A stretch of 45,446 bases of DNA, from the IMG/VR virus record IMGVR_UViG_3300037484_000495, positions 1 to 45,446 of that record. One strand, written 5' to 3'. Shown here piece by piece: positions 8,945-18,453 of the stretch (position 1 is the stretch's first letter; every line of letters begins with the position of its first letter). The stretch comes from a virus (lineage: Duplodnaviria; Caudoviricetes). The translations under genes were made by a program, and so were the position numbers. The notes beneath the pieces are model-generated. The model had not been told where the DNA came from. It did not search any database and saw only the letters and a list, made by a program, of their open reading frames with translations.

Positions 8945-9285
8945 ACTGCGCCGGCGATCCCGACCGGCGGGCCGTCGTGTATTCAGCCGGCCACCGGGAC
9001 GATGGGAGACCGGCGATCGAGGTCACCGTATGCCCCTCTCGCCTGCTGGGGGAGGCCGAATGGGCGAGGGAGGTGATCCAGTGGTGGAGCTGGTCGGTTC
9101 CGTGGGATCCCATGACGGGCCAGCCGAGCGGCGCCCCGCGGTGGCCGCGGCGTGGCGGGCTGCTGCGCCAGACGAATCGCCTCTTCCAGGCATGCCAGCT
9201 GTTGCGCGCGGAGTGGCCGCGGCTGTCGCGCGAGGCGGAGAAGACAGCAGCGAAGCCGGCGAAGGAAGCCGGTCCGGAGTCCTGA
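8833..9285 (+). CDS. -1 frameshift extension of the tail chaperone (gpGT-like)
   Basis: G GGA AAA at 8833-8839; the -1 frame is open (SLLLALHVLHGSDADAWKWRLGCDVH...) and continues into ORF 8977-9285. Confidence 0.85.
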   Translation, partial: GKSLLLALHVLHGSDADAWKWRLGCDVHRARRWDRALNCAGDPDRRAVVYSAGHRDDGRPAIEVTVCPSRLLGEAEWAREVIQWWSWSVPWDPMTGQPSGAPRWPRRGGLLRQTNRLFQACQLLRAEWPRLSREAEKTAAKPAKEAGPES

Positions 9286-9296
9286 GGGTCTAGCCG

Positions 9297-11918
9297 ATGG
9301 CGACGCGAGAAGAAATCGAGATCCTCCTCAAGGCCCAGGATCAGGCGAGTGCAGTCGTGCGGGGGCTGAAGCAAGAGCTGGCGGAGGCTCAGGGCCAGAG
9401 CCAGGCGACCGGGACAGGCTTCGGACAGATGGCGCTCCAGGGCGTCGCGATGGGCGCCGGGTTCCTGGCGTCCACCGAGGGGCTGAAGCTCCTCGGCGGC
9501 GCGCTGTCCTCGACGTCCAGGGCTGTCGTCGAACTCGCTGCGCGCGCCGAGCAGATCCAGAACCGGAGCCTGATCACCGGCTGGGGCGTCGAGACGGTGC
9601 AGGTGCTCGACCGCGTCGCCGAGATGTCGGGCGTCTCGTCCGGGCGGATCGAGACGGCGATGATGCGGCTCCAGCGCGGGGCCGTCGAAGGGTCGAAGGG
9701 CTTCGACAAGCTCGGGATGAGCACCGAGGCTTTCCTCGCGCTGTCGCCCGAGCAGCAGCTTCAGGCGGCGGCCGAGAAGGTGATGAGCTACGGGACCGCG
9801 GCCGAGCGGTCTGCTGCGGCTCAGGCGCTCTTCGGGAAGTCGGGCGCCGAGTTGCTTCCGGTCCTGGCCCAGGTGGCGCAGGGCACGGATGACGTTTCGG
9901 TTGCGATGTCGGGCGACCAGGTCGCCGCGATGGCGCAGCTCGACGACGCGCTCGACCGTGTCAAGGGTGGGTGGGAAGACCTCATTAACCAGCTCCTCGT
10001 GACGATCGCGTCGAGTCCTGAGGTCAAAGAGGGGCTCGAAACAATCGCCGACGTGCTGCTCACGATGGCCCGCAACATGAAGCAGGGCCAGCAGGACGCC
10101 TCCGCGCTCCTGTCTATCCTGATGCGGATCGCGCATCTGGGCGGGCCGAACTCACCGCTTGGGCTCTTGCGTGCGGCCGGAGTGCTCTCCGGATCTGGAG
10201 CACCGAGCCCGACCGGACTTCAGGGATTCCAGGGCCTCGCCATGACCGGAGGCGGAATCGAGGGGCCTGCGGCATGGGAGACGGAGCGCGACCGCCAGCA
10301 GCTACGGCACCAGCAGGAGCGCGAGCGGGCGCACGCGAAGTATCTCCGGGACCTCGCGCACGATGAAGAACGCGCCAACAGGGAGTCGATCGCACGCGAG
10401 GAGCGCTTCCAAAGAGACCTGACCGCGCTCGAAGTCGACGAACAGACGCAACGTCGCGAGTCGATGAAGGCCGAGCAGTGGGCCGGGACCGAGGTCGAGC
10501 GTCTGCTCTACGCTGCTCGGCTCAGTGCGGCCCACGAGTTCAACCAGGCGATCACAGACGGAATCGCGGGGACAAACAAGGCCTTCATCATCGGGCTACA
10601 GACACGGGAAAGGCACATCCGGGATGATATCGCGCACGCTCGCGTTATTGAACAGCGATACCGGGCGGTCGCGGGCGTACTGGTGGACATCGTTGGCCTG
10701 CTGGCCGATGCCGCGAGCGGCACCCAAGCCTGGGGCATGACGCTTGCCCAGGTTGGGCAAGGCATCGCTCAGCAACTTGGCGGGCCCGTGGGCGGCATCG
10801 CAGGCGCCGGCCTCGAGCTGTGGATGGCGGGGCAGCGCCGGGACCAGGCGAACGCGGCGCTTCGCGGCACCGCCGACCAGACCTATGGCTCGTTCGATCG
10901 CGCACAGCAGCTTGCGGCTCAGTACGGGATGCCGCTGATGGGCGGGGGCATCCGGGCTCCGGGTCAGTTGGGCGACACCTTCGAGAACATGGACATCTCG
11001 ACGGAGGAGCTGCAGGCCCAGCTCGACGCGCTCGCTGCCACGATCGGCAAGGCCGAGACCGGATTTCAGAACCTCCACGCGGGCCTGACGTCGGCGGGCC
11101 AAGCCGCCACCGGTTTGCAGACGATGCTCGCCGAGGGCTTCGCGGATTCGGGGGGCGCGATCGCCAGCCTGATCGGGACAGTGGCCGAAGCCATGATGTC
11201 GCAGGGCGTCGGGGCCTGGGGCATGGAAGGCAACGCGGCCTTCAGCCAGGTCAGCCAGGCGTCCGGGCTGGTCCAGCAACTGATCGCCGGGATGAACCAG
11301 GCGAACCTCGTCGACACGGACCTGCTCGCGACCACGACGGAGGCGACGGCGAACCTGATCGCGCAGGCGACCGAGGCGTCAGGGCTGGAGGGGCGCGACG
11401 CGACGCGGGTCGGGTTCGCGGCGAATGCCCAGCTACTGCAGGCGCAGCTCGAAGCCTCGATGATGAGCGGGACCGGGATCAGCACGGAGCTGCAGGCGCT
11501 ACTCGACGAAGCCAGGGCCAACGGGATCAACATCGTGGCCTCGCCGCTCGTGCAGTCGCTCGAGGTACAGCGTGAGTCGCTCGCGGTGCAGCAGAAGATG
11601 CTCGGCGCGCTGGGCTCCGCTGGCGGCGGCAAGGAGGAAGAACCACCGGCGATGGCCCGCGGCGGCGTCGTCCTGCCGTTCGTCCCACGGGCCGAGCGCG
11701 GGCTCGTGGTGTCCCACTCCCCGGGCGGCAGCCTGATCCGCTCGGGTGAGAGAGAGGCCGAGCTCACGGTGCCCGTGCGAGCCGTCTTCGACCTGGCTCG
11801 GCAGATCGGGTCCGGAGCAGGCGGGGGCGGACGTTGGGAGGTGGCGCCGGTCTACCTCGACGGCGCGAAGGTCGGGGAAATGATGGTGCGGCGTCGCAAC
11901 GCTGGGCTTGCGGGGTAG
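9297..11918 (+). CDS. tape measure protein
   Basis: 873 aa, Ala/Gln/Gly-rich helical; N-terminal IEILLKAQDQAS; ALFGKSGAELLP; C-terminal MARGGVV and VYLDG. Confidence 0.9.
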   Translation: MATREEIEILLKAQDQASAVVRGLKQELAEAQGQSQATGTGFGQMALQGVAMGAGFLASTEGLKLLGGALSSTSRAVVELAARAEQIQNRSLITGWGVETVQVLDRVAEMSGVSSGRIETAMMRLQRGAVEGSKGFDKLGMSTEAFLALSPEQQLQAAAEKVMSYGTAAERSAAAQALFGKSGAELLPVLAQVAQGTDDVSVAMSGDQVAAMAQLDDALDRVKGGWEDLINQLLVTIASSPEVKEGLETIADVLLTMARNMKQGQQDASALLSILMRIAHLGGPNSPLGLLRAAGVLSGSGAPSPTGLQGFQGLAMTGGGIEGPAAWETERDRQQLRHQQERERAHAKYLRDLAHDEERANRESIAREERFQRDLTALEVDEQTQRRESMKAEQWAGTEVERLLYAARLSAAHEFNQAITDGIAGTNKAFIIGLQTRERHIRDDIAHARVIEQRYRAVAGVLVDIVGLLADAASGTQAWGMTLAQVGQGIAQQLGGPVGGIAGAGLELWMAGQRRDQANAALRGTADQTYGSFDRAQQLAAQYGMPLMGGGIRAPGQLGDTFENMDISTEELQAQLDALAATIGKAETGFQNLHAGLTSAGQAATGLQTMLAEGFADSGGAIASLIGTVAEAMMSQGVGAWGMEGNAAFSQVSQASGLVQQLIAGMNQANLVDTDLLATTTEATANLIAQATEASGLEGRDATRVGFAANAQLLQAQLEASMMSGTGISTELQALLDEARANGINIVASPLVQSLEVQRESLAVQQKMLGALGSAGGGKEEEPPAMARGGVVLPFVPRAERGLVVSHSPGGSLIRSGEREAELTVPVRAVFDLARQIGSGAGGGGRWEVAPVYLDGAKVGEMMVRRRNAGLAG

Positions 11919-11920
11919 AG

Positions 11921-13021
11921 ATGGCGATCACGACGACACGGCTGTGCGTCACGAACCGGATCAAGGCGACCTCCACTGTGCTGTCGGCGTCGTCGGCTCT
12001 GACCGCACAGCCTGTCTCGTGGCTCAAGGACCCGCTGCGTCAGAAGCGCTGGCGCTCCGCCTCCGGCTGGACGATCGCGGCATCCTTCAACGGGGTCATT
12101 GACTTCAACCGGGGCGGGGTCAAGAACGCGGTGCTCACGACGACGAACTACGCCACAGGCGCGCTGATGGCCGCGCAGATCGTTGTGGCCCTTGAGGCGG
12201 CGGACGCGGTCCCGGTCTGGGCCTGCACCTATGACGCGGGGACGCACAAGTTCACAATCAGTAGCGACCTCGCCTTTACGCTGCTGTGGGCATCGGGGGC
12301 GAACGCCTACCAGTCGCCGGCCATCGACCTGGGCTTTGCTGTTGCCGACACCGCATCGGCCGTCTCGCACACGAGCGCGAACGCCGTCTACCAGTCTCGC
12401 CACTGGATCGTTGCGGATCTTGGCTCCGCCCTCACGGTTCGGGCAGCGCAGGCGCACGACCACAACTTCACATCCGCCGCGTCCGTCTCGATCTACGGCA
12501 ACGGTTCCGACACGTGGACGTCTCCAACATTCGGGGACTTCCTCGCTCTCAACACGGACGAAAATCGGCCGGCGCTGGTGTATTTCGCGGCAGAACAGAC
12601 ACAGCGCTATTGGCGCCTGCGGATCGCCGACTGTGGCAACAGCGACGGCTTCGCGGAGCTGGGGATCTGGTTCGCCGGGCCCTACGTTCAGCCGACCATC
12701 ACCTACTCCAGCGACTTCGTGCGCTCGATCGAGGGGCTCAGCGACGTCGTGGTCACGCCTGGGGGCGCGCATTGGGTGAATCAGAGGCCGATGCGCCCGG
12801 CCTGGTCAATGGCGTGGTCCGAGATCCCGGAGGCTGATCGGGCGCTGCTGGCCGGTGTGCTGGAGGCGGCCCCGAAGGGTGAGTGCCTCTTCATCTCGTT
12901 CGACGCCGTGACGACGCCGCTCTACACGGAGTATGTGTGGCTGGCGAACGGGTGGCAGGAAGGCCTTACGGCCGGCGCGTACTTCGACGTCAAGATCCCG
13001 GCTCTGTATCGTGCTCTCTGA
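11921..13021 (+). CDS. distal tail (Dit-like) protein with inserted domain
   Basis: ATG 11921 directly after the tape measure; RYWRLRIAD...FAELGIWFAG. Confidence 0.65.
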   Translation: MAITTTRLCVTNRIKATSTVLSASSALTAQPVSWLKDPLRQKRWRSASGWTIAASFNGVIDFNRGGVKNAVLTTTNYATGALMAAQIVVALEAADAVPVWACTYDAGTHKFTISSDLAFTLLWASGANAYQSPAIDLGFAVADTASAVSHTSANAVYQSRHWIVADLGSALTVRAAQAHDHNFTSAASVSIYGNGSDTWTSPTFGDFLALNTDENRPALVYFAAEQTQRYWRLRIADCGNSDGFAELGIWFAGPYVQPTITYSSDFVRSIEGLSDVVVTPGGAHWVNQRPMRPAWSMAWSEIPEADRALLAGVLEAAPKGECLFISFDAVTTPLYTEYVWLANGWQEGLTAGAYFDVKIPALYRAL

Positions 13022-15806
13022 CGGCCCGATCGCGTCGCGTGTCGGCCACGGGGTCCTCGGGCTCCGGGACAACCTGCGGCCCATCTCGGAGCTGCTCGCC
13101 GAGTCGCAGGCGCAGCGGCACATGTACTGCGACTTCCGGCCCGGCAAGCTGGTCGGTGGCTGGGGGGACATCGGCGGGGGCGGCTCCGGCGGGAAATACT
13201 ACTCCTGCACGGTCAATGAGAGCTTCGACGGGAAGCTGCTCGACGTCGTCGGGATACGCTGCTCGAATCAGCCACCGTACGTCAATCAGCAGCCGCTCGT
13301 CCGCGTTGAGTCGCTCGCGACCTGCATCGCCACGCTCGGAACCTACTACGTCACCGGGACGACGGTCTATGTGTACCTGACCAACGGGGGCAACCCCGAC
13401 ACGACACCGCTCGTCGTGCAGCTCTCCGTCCCGCTCGCCACGCACGCGGTCATGCAGCCGACGCTCGGGCCAAACAAGCTCGCCGACGGACCGCTCGATG
13501 TCTGGACTACCGCGACGAACCTGACGAGCTGGACCGAGGGGACAATCGGCGGCGGGGCAACGGCTACGGTCAATCAGGACTCGACCACGGTCAAGCAGGG
13601 CGCCTACTCCTGCCGCTTCGAGGGCGCCTGTGGCGCGGGGGGCACAGCCGGCGGCGTCTACATCACGCAGACCGGGATGGAGGGTGTTGAGGGCGCCTAC
13701 TATCGGGCCTGTGGCTACTACCGGACGCTGGTCGGCGAGACCGTGCACCCGCGCCTGCGGATCAGGATCGCGGCGACCGCGGAGTATCTGCTGAGCGACG
13801 GGATCAACACGGGCGCGGCGGCGGCGGAAGGCTTCGCGCTGACGAAGACGAGCGGCGAGTGGCGACGGTTCTGCTTCGACTTCCGATGCCCGACGGCGAC
13901 GGCCGATCTTCGGATCCTCGTGGCCATGTACAGCGACGGCGTGGCCGGCACGGGCTCGGTGTGGTTCGATGGTCTCGAGCTGCGTCGGATCTACCGCTTC
14001 GAGCTGTGGGAGCCGCGGCTCGACGCGGAGAATCTGCCCACGATCGAGACGGCGCGTAGCGACAGCTTCTTCGGGCCCGTGTCGGTGGGGATCGGTCGGC
14101 TCGCGATTCCGAACGGGGCGCCGCGGCTAGAGGCGCTGATCGCGTCGTACGACTGGATGGGCGGCGATGTCGTGATGAAGGTCGGGGGGCGGTTCCCGAA
14201 CGGGGGTGACGAGATTCTGTTCGACGAGTGCCCGGTCGTCAGCATCGCGAAGATGGCGGACGTGAGGCTCAGCGACGAGGCTCTGGAGATCGACCTAGAA
14301 GATGATCGGAAGATCCTCAAGACGATCTTGCCGACAGACACATGCACGCTCGACCGCTACTCCGACCTCGCCGAGCGCGACAACGGGCGACCCATACCCT
14401 TGGTGTTCGGAACCGTAATGATTACCCGTCCGGCGCGCATCTCGAAGCAGACAGGGACGGAGCTGGGGCTCGGCAACTACGTATTGGCTGACGTGGGGCG
14501 GGCGGTGAATGGGATCGAGGCACCGTCGGCCGTCTGGTCGTATCTCGACGAGCAGGCTGCTGACAAGATCGACAGCACGAAGCGCCTAGAGTTCCTGGAT
14601 CTGGGGTTGTCGGCCAACGAGATGGACAACGCTCTACTTACGCCAGACTTCGATTTGAGGCCCATTATCATTGAGGCTGGCGTAAATGACCGTCTGGACT
14701 TCAGCGTCGCGGGCGTGCCATATGTCGCAACGTTTGGTGGTGGAAAGTATCATTGGGACCACTCTGGGTCTTTGCGACTCAATGACGTGCTACAGACTGC
14801 TCTGAATGCCGCAGGGGCGGGCGCCATCTTCAACTACCCGACCTATGCTCTAGCGACCGCCGGGAAAGCCACATTCACGGCGAGCGCTGCCTTTGCCATC
14901 CTGACGGGGACCGGGGCCAACAAGCATCGGAGCCTCTGGCGAACACTCGGGTTCACCTCCGGCGCAGACGTGGGCGCTGCCGCGTCGCAAACTAGCGATA
15001 CCGGAATGTTCGTGAACTGCGATTCACAGCACGTTCTCCGCATCAAGCTTCGTGGCTTCCAGGACGATGCTTCGGGGACCTACACAGGAAACTCGAATCA
15101 GCAAATCGAGAAGTCAAGCGATATCGCCCGCTGCCTTCTACACCGCTGGGCAGGTGTTCCCACTGCGTCAATAGACCTCGCGTCGTTCAACGCCGCACGG
15201 TCGACGCTCACGCAGGTGCTAGCGGTCTACGTCGGGATGCCGAGCGGAGAGAGGCTTGCGCTCGGAGAGATCCTGTCTAGGATCGAGGCTTCCGTGGGTG
15301 CAGACATCACGCTCGAGGGTGGGGTCTGGTTCTTCCTCCCGCGTGACAATACGGTGCCGGCGAACGTTGTGGACGTGTACGACTACGACGTGAAGGACTT
15401 CGGGAGCTACTACGAGCCGCGCGACCTCTTTCGCGCGGTCTCTGTGACCTATCAGCAGGACGCCTCGACTGGGCGTGAGCCGAAGGAAGAGGCCAGCGAC
15501 TACGAGGTCACCTTCCGTTATAGCCGCTCGGAGGCAAAGGAGTTCAAGACCTACCTACCCACCGACGCGGCAGCGCTCACGCGGCTTTCGACCCTCGCCA
15601 CGCAGGCTTCCACGCTCAGCCGCCGCTTCCGACTTACCGTGATGGGCAAGTGCCTACTGCTGAACGTCGGCCACAAGTTCAGGATCACCCGCACTATCGG
15701 GCTCGACACGACTGGGGCGCTCGACGCCGTGCTCGTGCGCATCATCAGCAAGGTTGACGATTGGGCGAACTGGACAAGCGACATCGAGGCTATCGAGGTT
15801 CCGTGA
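13011..15806 (+). CDS. tail tip/host-specificity protein with carbohydrate-binding-like domain
   Basis: GTG 13011; NKLADGPLDVW...EWRRFCFDF...SVWFDGLEL (CBM-like); GRPIPLVFG hub motif; last gene of the tail operon. Confidence 0.75.
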   Translation: MLSDGPIASRVGHGVLGLRDNLRPISELLAESQAQRHMYCDFRPGKLVGGWGDIGGGGSGGKYYSCTVNESFDGKLLDVVGIRCSNQPPYVNQQPLVRVESLATCIATLGTYYVTGTTVYVYLTNGGNPDTTPLVVQLSVPLATHAVMQPTLGPNKLADGPLDVWTTATNLTSWTEGTIGGGATATVNQDSTTVKQGAYSCRFEGACGAGGTAGGVYITQTGMEGVEGAYYRACGYYRTLVGETVHPRLRIRIAATAEYLLSDGINTGAAAAEGFALTKTSGEWRRFCFDFRCPTATADLRILVAMYSDGVAGTGSVWFDGLELRRIYRFELWEPRLDAENLPTIETARSDSFFGPVSVGIGRLAIPNGAPRLEALIASYDWMGGDVVMKVGGRFPNGGDEILFDECPVVSIAKMADVRLSDEALEIDLEDDRKILKTILPTDTCTLDRYSDLAERDNGRPIPLVFGTVMITRPARISKQTGTELGLGNYVLADVGRAVNGIEAPSAVWSYLDEQAADKIDSTKRLEFLDLGLSANEMDNALLTPDFDLRPIIIEAGVNDRLDFSVAGVPYVATFGGGKYHWDHSGSLRLNDVLQTALNAAGAGAIFNYPTYALATAGKATFTASAAFAILTGTGANKHRSLWRTLGFTSGADVGAAASQTSDTGMFVNCDSQHVLRIKLRGFQDDASGTYTGNSNQQIEKSSDIARCLLHRWAGVPTASIDLASFNAARSTLTQVLAVYVGMPSGERLALGEILSRIEASVGADITLEGGVWFFLPRDNTVPANVVDVYDYDVKDFGSYYEPRDLFRAVSVTYQQDASTGREPKEEASDYEVTFRYSRSEAKEFKTYLPTDAAALTRLSTLATQASTLSRRFRLTVMGKCLLLNVGHKFRITRTIGLDTTGALDAVLVRIISKVDDWANWTSDIEAIEVP

Positions 15807-16248
15807 GCGGCCAACAGACTACCTCGTGAGCGCCGTAGTCGCGCCATTTACCCATCCCGCCCTCGATTTCTAGCCTGTACAGTCCGTAGTAGCAGCACAG
15901 GGGTCTCACACGGATGGAGGCTCGCGGCCCAACGAAGAACGTCCTTCGCCATGAGAGTTCCTTGCTGCCGTTCGGGTCGCTGCGGTCATGCGCGTGGTAC
16001 CAGAGGACCGTCGGCCAGGAGTCGTGAGGCAGGGTGCTAGTGATGGTCGCGGTGCAGTCGGGCCCCGGCGAGATGTAGAAGGCGGGCTCTGGCGATGTGG
16101 TCTCGGGGCTGGAGGTAGGCTCAGGCGCCGGGCTCGTGGGCGCCACGGCTGCCGGCTGCGTGGGCTCGACCGGCGACGGCGCGACGGGCCCCTCGACGCT
16201 CGAGCACGCGGCCAGCACGACCACGACCACGGCGATCAGGCTGCGCAT
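15790..16248 (-). CDS. lipoprotein, possible superinfection-exclusion moron
   Basis: AGGAGG RBS; MRSLIAVVVVVLAAC lipobox; Pro-rich linker; own promoter; opposite strand next to the integration module. Confidence 0.8.
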   Translation of the reverse strand: MRSLIAVVVVVLAACSSVEGPVAPSPVEPTQPAAVAPTSPAPEPTSSPETTSPEPAFYISPGPDCTATITSTLPHDSWPTVLWYHAHDRSDPNGSKELSWRRTFFVGPRASIRVRPLCCYYGLYRLEIEGGMGKWRDYGAHEVVCWPLTEPR

Positions 16249-16265
16249 CTTCCACCTCCTCGGGT

Positions 16266-16294
16266 AATCTAGCGCAACGCTAGCCGCAATGCAA
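16266..16294 (-). promoter_or_regulatory. sigma70-type promoter of the lipoprotein gene with overlapping operator
   Basis: TTGCAT-17 bp-TAGATT; palindrome CTAGCG-caa-CGCTAG at 16269-16283. Confidence 0.75.
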
Positions 16295-16358
16295 GCCAGA
16301 AAGTGACAGGGGTCACACACACATTTCGGGCCCGGGGGTATACGGGGCGCATGTCCAG

Positions 16359-16796
16359 GTGGCTGGGCCGGAGGTGTTCCGCCCCGTGCCTCACTCTCTA
16401 CCTCAACTCGTTAACGTCATTGGATTTGTAGCCCACGCGACAGCAGACGAAATCTGCGGGATGCTCGGCCAGTGCGAGAGCATTCGGGCTGTTCTTCTGG
16501 CGCACCTCGTCTTACATTTCCCTTACGGCTCAAGCGTAGCGCTTGCTATTCCGCCGGATCCGCCTAGATTCCTCACCGCGAAAGAAGCGTCTGGACTGAC
16601 GGGGCTTCCGCCCAGCTGGTTCTACGCTGCGGCGGCGCGCGGGGCCCTCCCCTTCGCGTGCCGGCCGTCGCCTCGTCGTCTGCGTTTCGACCAGGCGGGA
16701 CTCCGGGAGTGGATGAGGGGGCAGCATGCCGCTCAAGGTCCAGGGACGGGGCGCCGGGCACCTCTACCGGCCGACGTACCGAGCCGGCGACGGTAG
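16359..16796 (+). CDS. excisionase-like HTH_17 protein (start uncertain, possibly ATG 16461)
   Basis: RFLTAKEASGLTGLPPSWFYAAAARGALPF...RLRFDQAGLREWM; overlaps the integrase start. Confidence 0.7.
   Translation: MAGPEVFRPVPHSLPQLVNVIGFVAHATADEICGMLGQCESIRAVLLAHLVLHFPYGSSVALAIPPDPPRFLTAKEASGLTGLPPSWFYAAAARGALPFACRPSPRRLRFDQAGLREWMRGQHAAQGPGTGRRAPLPADVPSRRR
16531..16570 (+). promoter_or_regulatory. putative integrase promoter with operator
   Basis: CAAGCG-tag-CGCTTG 16531-16545 overlapping TTGCTA-16 bp-TAGATT (16543-16570). Confidence 0.55.
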
Positions 16797-17808
16797 CACC
16801 AGGATGGCGGGCATCTGGTGGTGGAAGCTCGGGCGGGTACGCTGCTCGACCGGATGCCGGGCCGAGGGCGACGCGGAGCAGTGGCGGATCGCCCGCCTGG
16901 GCGAGATGGGGCGCGGGTCGTCCGTGGGACTCCGCGCCGCCGCGGTCACCTTCGAGGCCTGCCTCACCATGCTGGTGGACCGCCACCGGCTCGAGGGCCG
17001 GCGCTCCGACGTCGAGGGCCCGCTGAAGCACCTCCGCCACTACTTCGCCGGCTGGCGCGCGGCGGACATCACGGAGGACCGGTGGATGGCCTACGCGGCG
17101 CGGCGGCGCGCGGCCGGCGCAGCGGTCGCGACCGTGAACCTCGAAGGCGCGCGGCTCCGGCGAGCTCTACGGCTGGCCTGGCGCGCCGGCAGGCTCCAGC
17201 AGCAGCCGTCGATCCCGCTCCTGCCTGGGGCCACGATCCGCCGCGGCTGGCTGGAGGCCGGGGACCTCGCGGCGATCCTGGCCGAGCTGCCGGCGCACTA
17301 CCGGCCGCTGCTCACCTTCCTGCGGCTGACGGGCTGGCGCAAGGGCGAGGGGCTGGCGCTCGAGTGGCGCCGCGTCGACCAGGCCGCCCGGGAGATCCGG
17401 CTCGAGACCAGCAAGACGGGTGAGCCACGCTGCGTCCCCTACGGGACCCTCCCGGAGCTGCAGGCCCTGCTTGAGCGGCAGTGGCAGCGGCGCCGCGATC
17501 TATGCCCCTACGTGTTCCCTGGGCGCGACGGACGGAGTGCGGTGGAGGCAGACGCCATGCGCGCCGCGTGGAGCCGCGCCCGCGCCCGCGTGGGCTCTCG
17601 AGCACTGATCCACGACTTGCGCCGCACCTTCGTCCGCGACTGCGAGCGTGCCGGCGTTCCACGCACCGTGGCGATGAGCATCACGGGCCACAGGTCTGAG
17701 ACGATCTACCGGCGGTACGCGATCACCGCCGTCCGTGACCAGCAAGAAGGCCTCGCCAAGCTCGCGGCCCTGGCGCCGCAGGCTCAGGTGGTGGCGTCGA
17801 TTCGATAG
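16726..17808 (+). CDS. int: tyrosine integrase
   Basis: TGWRKGE, SKTG, HDLRRT, ITGHRS, YRRY catalytic motifs. Confidence 0.95.
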   Translation: MPLKVQGRGAGHLYRPTYRAGDGSTRMAGIWWWKLGRVRCSTGCRAEGDAEQWRIARLGEMGRGSSVGLRAAAVTFEACLTMLVDRHRLEGRRSDVEGPLKHLRHYFAGWRAADITEDRWMAYAARRRAAGAAVATVNLEGARLRRALRLAWRAGRLQQQPSIPLLPGATIRRGWLEAGDLAAILAELPAHYRPLLTFLRLTGWRKGEGLALEWRRVDQAAREIRLETSKTGEPRCVPYGTLPELQALLERQWQRRRDLCPYVFPGRDGRSAVEADAMRAAWSRARARVGSRALIHDLRRTFVRDCERAGVPRTVAMSITGHRSETIYRRYAITAVRDQQEGLAKLAALAPQAQVVASIR

Positions 17809-17855
17809 CCGTTCCCCCGGACCGCCCCGGTCCAACCTGCGGCCCTGCCGCGGGA

Positions 17856-17906
17856 TAGCGCGAGGCTTGTTTTCTGCTTGACAAACGAAAGCGCGGCGCT
17901 TAGATT
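17856..17906 (+). promoter_or_regulatory. early promoter with two operator copies
   Basis: TTGACA(17878)-17 bp-TAGATT(17901); AAGCG-cgg-CGCTT 17889-17901; TAGCG-cga-GGCTT 17856-17868. Confidence 0.85.
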
Positions 17907-17916
17907 GAATGCCGAC

Positions 17917-18141
17917 ATGACGAGCACGGAACTCAAGGCGATGCGCAAGGCGGCGAAGATCAGCCAGCGGGAACTTGGTCGGCGGCTCGGGCGCCACGCC
18001 CAGAGCGTCACCCACTGGGAGATCGGCCGCTATCCGATCGACGGGCCTACCGAGATCGCCATCCGTGCGGTCCTCTCCGCGGCCGTCGAGGCCCGCGAGC
18101 GTCCAAGTCCAGTCCAAGCGGAGACTTCAGAATCGGCGTAA
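17917..18141 (+). CDS. single-domain XRE/Cro-family HTH regulator
   Basis: ELKAMRKAAKISQRELGRRLGRHAQSVTHWEIG; no SD sequence, close to the predicted TSS. Confidence 0.9.
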   Translation: MTSTELKAMRKAAKISQRELGRRLGRHAQSVTHWEIGRYPIDGPTEIAIRAVLSAAVEARERPSPVQAETSESA

Positions 18142-18168
18142 CTGCCTGAGCCAAAGGGGTCCAGCGTC

Positions 18169-18453
18169 ATGGCGAACAGCCAACACCGGGTTGACGAACA
18201 GGGCGGACTGAGCAGCACTCACCACGACCCATTGCGGGCTCCCTCCGGGCTGGACCCCGGGGATGCCCCTGTGGCCGTGGTGGGTGCTGCTGATTCCGTC
18301 CAAGGACAGGCCAAGCCCGTCTTCGTGTGCGCATGGCATGAAGACAAGGCGGCGCGCCACGCCGAGATCGAGGCCGCGGGCGGGCTGGCCTCCGATGGAA
18401 TCTGCGGCCCCTGTCGCGAGCTGCACTTCCCCAGGATTGAGGCCAGCCGATGA
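18169..18453 (+). CDS. hypothetical protein (CAWH...GICGPC motif)
   Basis: ORF track; coupled to the next gene. Confidence 0.65.
   Translation: MANSQHRVDEQGGLSSTHHDPLRAPSGLDPGDAPVAVVGAADSVQGQAKPVFVCAWHEDKAARHAEIEAAGGLASDGICGPCRELHFPRIEASR

Noticed and set aside
16358-16372. tRNA-3'-like att core (minus strand TCCGGCCCAGCCACC)
   Set aside because: One base short for T-stem plus acceptor and no TTC loop; cannot be supported without a host match
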